A stretch of DNA of 36,279 bases, taken from IMG/VR virus record IMGVR_UViG_3300050331_000078, positions 1 to 36,279 of that record, one strand, 5' to 3'. The translations under genes were made by a program, and so were the position numbers. The stretch's first letter is position 1, and every line of letters starts with the position of its first letter. This DNA is from a virus. Lineage: Duplodnaviria > Caudoviricetes. Under the pieces are notes generated by a model, which had not been told where the DNA came from, searched no databases, and worked only from the letters and a program-made list of their open reading frames with translations. This document shows positions 25,666 through 32,770 of the stretch, one piece after another.

Positions 25666-26099
25666 TTTCCTTGCTCCTGCTTGTGTTGCCGTGTGCGCTC
25701 CAGCACGCCGGCCAGCAGCCAGAGTTCGCCCTGGCTCATCATTTCCAAACGGCGTGTGATGCCGTGCTGGCGCTTGGCCGCGCCCTCGGCGTAGGCCTTG
25801 CCCACGCCCATGCTGCGGCACACTGCGCATATCTTGCGCAGCAGCGGCTGGTTGTCGACTGCGGCCTTGTCGATAAAGGCCCATTCGTTGACCTTGGGCG
25901 CAGGCTTCCAGCCGCAGGCGCGGAAGTGGTCGAGCAGCTTGCTGCGCCCGGCCTGGTCGAGATCGCCAGCCGAGCGCACGCGCGCCACCGACCAGAGGAT
26001 GTCGCGGTAGGCGTCATCGTCCATGTTCAGGTCGCGCTTCGCCGCATGGATGGCGGCGAGATCGCGGCGGCGCTGGTCGGCGGGGTAGGGTTTGGGCAT
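25662..26099 (-). CDS. gemA: GemA-family protein (Mu gp16, DUF1018)
   Basis: LAAIHAAKRDLNMDDDAYR.IL...RSA.DL motif. Confidence 0.85.
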   Translation of the reverse strand: MPKPYPADQRRRDLAAIHAAKRDLNMDDDAYRDILWSVARVRSAGDLDQAGRSKLLDHFRACGWKPAPKVNEWAFIDKAAVDNQPLLRKICAVCRSMGVGKAYAEGAAKRQHGITRRLEMMSQGELWLLAGVLERTRQHKQEQGK

Positions 26100-26104
26100 G
26101 GTTG

Positions 26105-26509
26105 CTAGTCCGCGTGCTTCCGCAGGAACTGCGGGATTTCCAGAGGCTCTTCCTTCACGATAAAAAGACCCAACGCGCCCTTGAGTGGGATGAACGGCAG
26201 CGGATTCGGATCGCGCAGCACGAATCCGAACGGGCCGAAGAACCAGGGCGAGCCTGATTCGGTAACGCAGTCGACTATCTCTACCGAGCCGATGATTCCG
26301 CCGCGTTTCAGGTTCTCGTAATCTGGCATGTAGGCGTTGTTGGTATCTGCGATGATGCGCGCAGCTTCGTATTCAGCTACCGACATGCCACTGGCAGCAT
26401 GCACCAGCAACCGCCCCCGGAATTTCGTTTGCCAGGTGCGGTTCTCGATATCCTTTCCGCCGTGGACGATCAGCCATGCCCAGGGCTGGCGGATGCTGAT
26501 GGCTTTCAC
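26105..26509 (-). CDS. ASCH-domain protein with FtsZ-like C-terminal peptide
   Basis: SIRQPWAWLI..GKDIENRTW..RG.LL.HA; ends LEIPQFLRKHAD. Confidence 0.9.
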   Translation of the reverse strand: MKAISIRQPWAWLIVHGGKDIENRTWQTKFRGRLLVHAASGMSVAEYEAARIIADTNNAYMPDYENLKRGGIIGSVEIVDCVTESGSPWFFGPFGFVLRDPNPLPFIPLKGALGLFIVKEEPLEIPQFLRKHAD

Positions 26510-26694
26510 GCAGCCACCTCTTTATCTTCAATTAGCAAATCAGATGTTTCCTGCACCTTCTCTGCCAGCTCATTGAGGAAATTCATGCCGCACTGGTCTA
26601 TACCGTCCCACTCGCAAGCCATGTCAATCAGCTTTGCTTTTATCGACTTCAGCGTGCGGCGCTGCCCAGCGGCCATTTGTTTTTTTGTTCTCAC
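26506..26694 (-). CDS. Hypothetical protein (62 aa)
   Basis: GTGA overlaps with both neighbours; GGAGG SD. Confidence 0.65.
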   Translation of the reverse strand: MRTKKQMAAGQRRTLKSIKAKLIDMACEWDGIDQCGMNFLNELAEKVQETSDLLIEDKEVAA

Positions 26695-27212
26695 GCCGCC
26701 ACCTCCTGCTCAAACGGCGTAATCACGAAGTCCTCGACGCCCTTCACCACGGTGATGCCGGCCACGCCCTTGACGGCTTCCGGCTCGTTGAGGATGGCTT
26801 CCTTGTTGATCTCTTCCTTGGTGCGCACGAAGCGGGTCAGGCCGAAGCCCTTGAGCGCCGCGATGACCGAGTCCGCGCCGCGCACGCTGACGCTGGGCGG
26901 GCGCTGCCGCCACTGGACTTCGCCGGTGACGAGGTTGGCGGTCTTGGTCTTGCCTTCTCCGGTGAGTTCGGTGCGGTGCGCTTCGCAGTAGGCCTGGACG
27001 CCTTCCTGCAGCGGCTTGATCCGGTCGGCGATGGCGTCGAGCACGGGCTGGTATTTCGCCGTGATGCCCGCGATGGCGTCGTTCATCTCGGCGCTGCTGC
27101 GCGCGAGCTGGCGTTGCAGGTCGCCGATCTGGCGGATATCGGCGGCGGCCTCGTCGCGGGTTTGCGGGACGGCGGTCTGTGCCTTGGCTTTGAGTCTTGT
27201 CTTTGGTGCCAC
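26691..27212 (-). CDS. gam: Host-nuclease inhibitor Gam (Mu type)
   Basis: IGDLQR, YCEAHR.ELT..GKTKTANLVTGEVQWRQRPPSV, RTKEEINKEAIL. Confidence 0.93.
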   Translation of the reverse strand: MAPKTRLKAKAQTAVPQTRDEAAADIRQIGDLQRQLARSSAEMNDAIAGITAKYQPVLDAIADRIKPLQEGVQAYCEAHRTELTGEGKTKTANLVTGEVQWRQRPPSVSVRGADSVIAALKGFGLTRFVRTKEEINKEAILNEPEAVKGVAGITVVKGVEDFVITPFEQEVAA

Positions 27213-27242
27213 GTTAATTCCTTTCGTTTGGTGTTAATTCAG

Positions 27243-27419
27243 CTATGCATCGATCTCGGCAATCATTGTGTAATTGACCTCCGGGTTCTGTTCCCGCAGG
27301 TTGCGCAGCATCTCGTCCGCAGATTCAAAGCTGACTGGATTGTCCGGTTCATGCATCCCCTCATCGTCATCGCAGATGATGAACCTTACAACCGGCACAG
27401 TCAGTAATTGGTAAGCCAT
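27243..27419 (-). CDS. Small acidic hypothetical protein (58 aa), below the ORF-track cutoff
   Basis: AGGAG SD; hand translation MAYQLLTVPVVRFIICDDDEGMHEPDNPVSFESADEMLRNLREQNPEVNYTMIAEIDA; fills the gap before gam. Confidence 0.65.
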   Translation of the reverse strand: MAYQLLTVPVVRFIICDDDEGMHEPDNPVSFESADEMLRNLREQNPEVNYTMIAEIDA

Positions 27420-27433
27420 CTCTTTTCTCCTGG

Positions 27434-27757
27434 TTAAGTTGGTACATGAAGCTGCCCGAGCAGATCGGGCAGCGGTATTTTTCTCAGGCGCGACAGCAGC
27501 CGCAGGCTGTGAATGGCGCGGTTCTCCAGGAACTCGCAGGTTTGATTCAGCTCCTCGGCCGTGGCGGCGATGTAGTAGCCATCCTTGGGGGTGCCGCAGA
27601 TGGCGTGGCCATCCTCGCGCAGATCGCTGATGTGGGTGCGGATCGCGCGGGCGTACATGTCGAGCTGCTGCTCCAGCTGGCGCATGCCGATGCCGTTGCC
27701 CTTGCCGATGTGGTGCGAGAGCACCGTTAAAACGATTGCTTTGGGACTAGCTGACAT
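27434..27757 (-). CDS. Winged-helix HTH protein
   Basis: R.IR..ISDLREDG.AICG...GYYIA motif. Confidence 0.75.
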   Translation of the reverse strand: MSASPKAIVLTVLSHHIGKGNGIGMRQLEQQLDMYARAIRTHISDLREDGHAICGTPKDGYYIAATAEELNQTCEFLENRAIHSLRLLSRLRKIPLPDLLGQLHVPT

Positions 27758-28286
27758 TTGTTCCTCCTTTCCTGATTACTGCCTTGACGTGTGCGGGCAT
27801 TTCGGTGCGCGGCTTGGGGGGTTCCTGCGGCGCTGGCTTGTGGGCGGGTATTTCTCCCACCGGCGTGCGGCCGCCGCGCTGGTTTTCGCGCTGCTGCTCG
27901 TCCCTGGCCTCGGCCTTGAGGCCGTAGCCGCAGATAATCTCCAGCAGGTAGCCGTGGCTCTTGAGCGGCAGGGTGAGCTTGTCGCGCTTGGCGATCATGT
28001 CTTCCAGCGCCAGCTTCCAGTAGTCCTGCGGGGCGCTCCAGGTGCGGCCGTTGCGCTCGATGCGCGCGGCGTCGATCATCGGCTGCAGCTCGGCGAGCAG
28101 GCTGGCCAGGCGATCCATCGAGAGGTTGCGGCTGGCCGGGCGGAACAGGGCGATGTACTGCACCAGCAGCTTGCCGAGCGGCGCGGGCAGCCTGAGCGCG
28201 GCCATGACGGCGTCGCGCGCGCCCTCATGCCCGACCAGGACATCGAGGCTGGCGACCGCGCCGCAGGCCGGGCAGGAGGTCTTCAT
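27747..28286 (-). CDS. Conserved Mu-like hypothetical protein with N-terminal CxxC
   Basis: CPACGA..SLD, YIALFRP, LPLKSHGYLLEI; coupled to neighbours. Confidence 0.78.
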   Translation of the reverse strand: MKTSCPACGAVASLDVLVGHEGARDAVMAALRLPAPLGKLLVQYIALFRPASRNLSMDRLASLLAELQPMIDAARIERNGRTWSAPQDYWKLALEDMIAKRDKLTLPLKSHGYLLEIICGYGLKAEARDEQQRENQRGGRTPVGEIPAHKPAPQEPPKPRTEMPAHVKAVIRKGGTNVS

Positions 28287-28627
28287 TTCGCGGCCACCAT
28301 GACAGGCTTGATTCGCTCTTCGTAGGACTTCACGCGGGTGTAGACGCGCGTGCCGTTGGCGAGCACATCGACCGGGCCGACCTTGCCGCTCAGTATGGCC
28401 AGCGCATCTTCGCGATCACGCTGCGCCTCGGTGAGCTGGGCCCGCAGCGCGCTGCGATCGCCTTGCGCCTGGGCGAGCTGCATGACGGTGTCGCTGGCCA
28501 GGCTCGCGGCGTACAGCGCGGCCGCGACCAGCAGGCCGATCAGCGCGACGCGCTTGAGCCTGCGCACCGGGCAGTGCTTGCCCATGCCGCGCAGGAGGCC
28601 GTAGCGGAGGGTGAGCCGGTTCATCAT
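28283..28627 (-). CDS. Hypothetical membrane-anchored coiled-coil protein
   Basis: TM segment VALIGLLVAAALYAASLA; ATGA overlaps. Confidence 0.6.
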   Translation of the reverse strand: MMNRLTLRYGLLRGMGKHCPVRRLKRVALIGLLVAAALYAASLASDTVMQLAQAQGDRSALRAQLTEAQRDREDALAILSGKVGPVDVLANGTRVYTRVKSYEERIKPVMVAAK

Positions 28628-29556
28628 GCGGCGGGTTGGATGCGGGAGAGGAAGTGCGACAACCTGGACACGCGCTCCGGGTTCAGGCGTATCGAATCGC
28701 CGCCACAGTTAATGTGCAGGCAATCGTCATCTGACAGCATCACGGAAAACTCAGTGTCATGGCCAGCGTTCCCATGTGCCACATTTGGCACTCTTGCAAC
28801 GCCTGCGACACTTTTTGCACCCCGCTTGGCCTTCGCCGGTTTGGGATCGCCGCGCAGTGCGGCGGCCTCCTTGCCGAGCACTACCTTGCCTACTGCCTTT
28901 TTCTCAGGCTTTGGCGGCTTGGGCTGGCGCTTGATGCTGCCGTTGGCCTTCTCGCCGGGGTGTAGGCGCACAGCTCCGTCTTCCTTGGTTTGCTTGAGTA
29001 CGTTGTGATAGATGCCGTTGCTGATGCACTTCATCACGACCTTGCGGTTGCTGCCGTCCGAGCAGACCAGCGCCTGCATTACCTTGTCGCGCTCGATGCC
29101 TGGCTTGGCGATGACGAGATCGAGAATGTGCTTGATGGTGACTTGTTGGGTTGTCATGGTTTCCTCCTGGGTTGGTGTTGCAGGAATTACAGTTTTCTGC
29201 CGAACTTTTGCAGTTTCCTGCTGCGCTTTGAAGGAAGTGGTTTTGTTTTCACTTCCATCACTTCCACCGTTACGGGGTGGGCGCTGCTGATGGCTTGGGT
29301 TGAGCGGGTTGATGACGATGCCTTGCGGCCCGCTGCGCAGCCCGACCATGCCGGTCGGCCAGTAGACCTCCTGAGTCTTGCCGCCCCTGGTGAGCGTGGC
29401 GCGGTTGATCGGAGCGGGAACGGTGTTGAACATCTGCTCCAGCACCGTTTTTAGGTTGTCGGGAAACAGGCCGCTCTTCATGCACAGTTCGCCGAACGGC
29501 ATGGGATTGGAGCTGCTGCTCCCTTCGAGCAGGGTGAGGATTTTCTGGTGTGTCAT
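28624..29556 (-). CDS. Hypothetical basic protein (310 aa) with possible internal start at 29157
   Basis: ATGA overlaps at both ends; Lys-rich; AGGAGG before an in-frame ATG. Confidence 0.65.
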   Translation of the reverse strand: MTHQKILTLLEGSSSSNPMPFGELCMKSGLFPDNLKTVLEQMFNTVPAPINRATLTRGGKTQEVYWPTGMVGLRSGPQGIVINPLNPSHQQRPPRNGGSDGSENKTTSFKAQQETAKVRQKTVIPATPTQEETMTTQQVTIKHILDLVIAKPGIERDKVMQALVCSDGSNRKVVMKCISNGIYHNVLKQTKEDGAVRLHPGEKANGSIKRQPKPPKPEKKAVGKVVLGKEAAALRGDPKPAKAKRGAKSVAGVARVPNVAHGNAGHDTEFSVMLSDDDCLHINCGGDSIRLNPERVSRLSHFLSRIQPAA

Positions 29557-29912
29557 GCTGCACCTCCGATCTGCTCGATGTGCCGGTGTATCCGCGCGCT
29601 GAGCAGGCCGACGGCGGTGGCGAAACCTTCGTCATCCACCGCCGCCACGGCCCGCGCCTTGTGCAGAACGGCGTGCGTGACTTCGTGCGGGATTAGCTCC
29701 TGCAGCTTGCCGTCCAGCGGCAGGACGATGGTGCCGACGTGCTTGGCCTTGGCGGACTGCATGGGGTCGAAGTAGGCGTTGACGAGCCCGCCGCGCATGG
29801 GGCGCAGGTCGCGCTTGTCACCGAACGCGCGGTGCACGTCGCGCACGGTGGGCAGTACGCGCACCTTGATGCGGATGCCGTGGTGGCTGACGGTGAAGGT
29901 CTTGGCGGCCAT
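29553..29912 (-). CDS. Small HExxH (zincin-like) protein
   Basis: IPHEVTHAVLH with downstream DEGFA. Confidence 0.65.
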   Translation of the reverse strand: MAAKTFTVSHHGIRIKVRVLPTVRDVHRAFGDKRDLRPMRGGLVNAYFDPMQSAKAKHVGTIVLPLDGKLQELIPHEVTHAVLHKARAVAAVDDEGFATAVGLLSARIHRHIEQIGGAA

Positions 29913-30157
29913 CAGTGCGCCCTCCCTACCTTGCGGGCGTTCATCAGGAAGGTGATGCCCTGCATCGCTTCTTCTTCCAGCGCCTGCACGTCGCCGAAGT
30001 CGATCTCCTGGGCGGCGTACAAGCCGAGCAGGTAGCCCTGCAGCATGCCCATGCAGCGCTGCGTGGCGTCGGCGTCGTTGGCCAGCACCGAGGCGGCGAT
30101 GTTGTCGCGCATCAGCATGAACTGGCTGTGCTGTTCTGCGTTCATGAGGCGGCTCAT
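29912..30157 (-). CDS. Hypothetical protein (81 aa)
   Basis: TGATG overlaps at both ends. Confidence 0.65.
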   Translation of the reverse strand: MSRLMNAEQHSQFMLMRDNIAASVLANDADATQRCMGMLQGYLLGLYAAQEIDFGDVQALEEEAMQGITFLMNARKVGRAH

Positions 30158-30447
30158 CAGTGCACCTTCGCTTTCTGCGCAGAACGGCGCTCGGACAGGT
30201 TCTTCACCAGCAGCAGGATCGCTGCCTGGTCTCCGGCGTCGTAGCTATCTGCCAGCGCGTTCAACTGCGCGTCCAGGTTCACGGCAGCCTTGGTCATCCT
30301 GTGCAGGCTGTTGCAGGCATCGCTGAGCTGCTGCGCCTGGCTGATGGCATCGCCCTCCAACAGCTTGTACTGCGCGCGCAGCTCTTTCAGGCCCATCTTT
30401 TCGGTGTTGACGAGGGTGGGCAGGCGGGTAATGATGAAATCGCTCAT
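30157..30447 (-). CDS. Hypothetical coiled-coil protein (96 aa)
   Basis: Translationally coupled to neighbours. Confidence 0.65.
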   Translation of the reverse strand: MSDFIITRLPTLVNTEKMGLKELRAQYKLLEGDAISQAQQLSDACNSLHRMTKAAVNLDAQLNALADSYDAGDQAAILLLVKNLSERRSAQKAKVH

Positions 30448-30698
30448 ATCGACAACCTCATCTGGCCTGCGGCCTCAAGTTCCTGCGGTGTTGGCGGGAG
30501 TGGCTCCAGATCGGACTCTTCGTCCCAGCAGCACAGGTGCGCGTGTTCTCTGTCATCGTGGGCTTCGCCGCATTCTGTGCATTCCCACATGGTCACTTCT
30601 TCGGCTTCCGGAATGCAGCAGTTCTCGGCCTGATGCTCCTTGTCGTGAACCTCGCCGCAAGACGGGCACTGGAATTTGATAACGCTCTTTGGGTTCAT
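30444..30698 (-). CDS. Small double zinc-ribbon protein (84 aa)
   Basis: Two CxxCGExHDxxxxAxxCC units; ATGA overlap at 30695-30698. Confidence 0.72.
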   Translation of the reverse strand: MNPKSVIKFQCPSCGEVHDKEHQAENCCIPEAEEVTMWECTECGEAHDDREHAHLCCWDEESDLEPLPPTPQELEAAGQMRLSI

Positions 30699-30925
30699 AG
30701 CGCCGCCCATCCCGGCCCGCCGCTGCACTTGCTCGCGGCGATGCCCATTTTGGTGTACAGCTCATCCTTGCGATCGCCGGCCAGTTCGTCGGCCATGTCG
30801 TAGATGCGCTCGGACAGTTCCAGGGCGCGCGCATGGTCAATGTCCGGCCATGCCAGCTTCGCGCCATCCAGATGGCATGCGGCCTGCGCAAGGCTCTCGG
30901 CCACCGCGAATTTACCGTTCGGCAT
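30695..30925 (-). CDS. Hypothetical protein (76 aa, MPNGKF..)
   Basis: AGGAGG SD before 30925. Confidence 0.6.
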   Translation of the reverse strand: MPNGKFAVAESLAQAACHLDGAKLAWPDIDHARALELSERIYDMADELAGDRKDELYTKMGIAASKCSGGPGWAAL

Positions 30926-31286
30926 GGCTGCCTCCTTCGTCCGTCCACCGCACTTCGCAGCCCAAGCGTATCGCCACCCAGTAGCGGCGCGACACCATAT
31001 TGCCGTTGTGGGTGATGCGCTCGTACATCCACACCGCGCCTTCGAGCTGCTCGCACAGCGGGCTGGTGCGGATGTAGACGCGCGGCTTGAGGATGCGGCC
31101 GACCCGTGAGGCGGAGCCTTTCGGGGATGGAGGGGCGGACAGGCGGCTGCCAGCCTGCACGAACAGCACATCGAAGCCCTGGCACTTGAGCCACTGCACG
31201 CACTGGTGCGCATCCTGCGCGATATGCAGTGCTGCGGGGCGCGAGGGAAATTTTGATTCCGGGTAGTACGCTGCTGCCTGGTTCAT
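30912..31286 (-). CDS. Hypothetical Mu-like early protein (124 aa, MNQAAA..)
   Basis: ATGA overlap, GGAG SD; C-terminal GCEVRW motif. Confidence 0.65.
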   Translation of the reverse strand: MNQAAAYYPESKFPSRPAALHIAQDAHQCVQWLKCQGFDVLFVQAGSRLSAPPSPKGSASRVGRILKPRVYIRTSPLCEQLEGAVWMYERITHNGNMVSRRYWVAIRLGCEVRWTDEGGSHAER

Positions 31287-31615
31287 TTGGTTGCTCCCTT
31301 GTTGTGCTGGCACGATTGGCAGGCCAGCCAGTTGGCTTCCTTGGCGCGGCCGCCGAATGGGCGGGGCGCGGTGGCGCGGCGCCGGCACTCGGGGCCACCG
31401 ATTTCATGGCCGGTGTGCGGGCAGGTGTGGATGTCGTAGCGCGCGAGAATCGCGGCTTCGAGCTTGGCCGGGTTGGCCAGGTAATATCCGTTGAGGTACT
31501 GCGAAACGGCGCCCCTGGTGTAGTCGATCGCGTCCGCCACGGCCTGCTTGCTGGTTGCCTTTGCCGCCGCCCTTGCCAGTTCGTATGCGTGCGGGTTGTA
31601 GGCCGGGTTAAGCAT
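31283..31615 (-). CDS. HTH protein with C-terminal Cys cluster (110 aa)
   Basis: KQAVADAIDYTRGAVSQYLNG HTH; CPH..C..ACQSC. Confidence 0.78.
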   Translation of the reverse strand: MLNPAYNPHAYELARAAAKATSKQAVADAIDYTRGAVSQYLNGYYLANPAKLEAAILARYDIHTCPHTGHEIGGPECRRRATAPRPFGGRAKEANWLACQSCQHNKGATK

Positions 31616-31970
31616 CGGCGGCCTCCATCGGGTACACGATGCCGCTGTTCGGGTCGAACACTGCCTTATCCTTGGCACGGAAAACAGGAGCCTTGCGCCC
31701 GGCGTTGATGATGAGCCGATAGCGATAAAACCCGTGGCTCTTGGGCGAGATGCCGGGTTTCCGTTCATCTTCTCGCTTGAGGATTCCGGCCAGCGCCAGG
31801 ACGTTGAGGTACTTGCGCAGGTTTCCCTCCGCGTCTCGCTCGGTGCCGTCCGCCAGCGTGGACAGCAGCTCAGGCAGGGTGAACAACCCGCGCTTGCGGA
31901 TCACCCACCAGGCACGCTGGCGCAGGCCATACGTGACGGTGCGGTGCATGGTTTGGCCTTTCCTTGCCAT
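31608..31970 (-). CDS. Winged-helix-like early protein (120 aa, MARKGQ..)
   Basis: RQRAWWVIR..FTLPELL, NLRKYL..L..AGIL, YRL..G.KAP, VFDPN; follows MuB. Confidence 0.72.
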   Translation of the reverse strand: MARKGQTMHRTVTYGLRQRAWWVIRKRGLFTLPELLSTLADGTERDAEGNLRKYLNVLALAGILKREDERKPGISPKSHGFYRYRLIINAGRKAPVFRAKDKAVFDPNSGIVYPMEAADA

Positions 31971-31975
31971 TTGGC

Positions 31976-32704
31976 TCAGCTCCCTTTCTTGAGCGCCTTC
32001 ATGGCGTCGGCGCACAGCGTCACGTCTTTCACGTCTTCCACCGTCAGTTCAGACTTGCCGAGTTTCTGCCTGATAGCTTCCAGCGTGCGTCCGGCGTTGG
32101 ACATGAGCCGGTAATACCCGTCGCTCTGCCTATAGACCTGCTCTACGATGCCAGCGTCTACTTTCACTTCGCACAGCTCGGACAGGTAATCCCGACAATC
32201 CTCCCGCGTCGCCTTGCTGAATTTAGGTTCAGCAGAGACGCGGTGTGCGATGTGCGCCAGCCGCTCCTTGCTGAAACGGTGCCGCTCCGAGGTGTGGCAC
32301 ACCAGCACCAGGATGACGTTTGATTCTTCCGCCACACGGCGCAGGTATTCGATGCACTCGGCCTTGTTCGGCAGGCCGTGCTGCGCCTCGTCGAGGATGA
32401 GCGGCTGGCGGCTGCTCTTGAGGTGTTCGACCAGCGCCTTGTGCTGCGCGAATTTGCGCAGCGCGACCACGCCGGTCTGGTCGGCGAGGTAATCGCGCAG
32501 GAACGACAGGGTCATGCCGGGCACGCCCGCCAGATAGATCGCGTCGCGCTGCGCGCACCAGTTGTCTGCGGTGCAGCTCTTGCCGGTGCCCGGCTCGCCG
32601 GTGAGCAGCATGATGCAGGCCTCCGGGCTGCCGCGACCCTCCACTGCCGATACGCCCGCCATGAAGGTGCGGTGGTTGCTGGTTTTGACGAAATGCTGTT
32701 TCAT
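31976..32704 (-). CDS. Transposition AAA+ ATPase (MuB-like)
   Basis: GEPGTGKS Walker A, LILDEAQ Walker B; follows the transposase. Confidence 0.92.
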   Translation of the reverse strand: MKQHFVKTSNHRTFMAGVSAVEGRGSPEACIMLLTGEPGTGKSCTADNWCAQRDAIYLAGVPGMTLSFLRDYLADQTGVVALRKFAQHKALVEHLKSSRQPLILDEAQHGLPNKAECIEYLRRVAEESNVILVLVCHTSERHRFSKERLAHIAHRVSAEPKFSKATREDCRDYLSELCEVKVDAGIVEQVYRQSDGYYRLMSNAGRTLEAIRQKLGKSELTVEDVKDVTLCADAMKALKKGS

Positions 32705-32770
32705 TCTGTAAACTCCCTCTTGTAGTGATTTCTCTTGCTACTTTTCAAAAAGGCCGTCAGGTAGCTGTAA

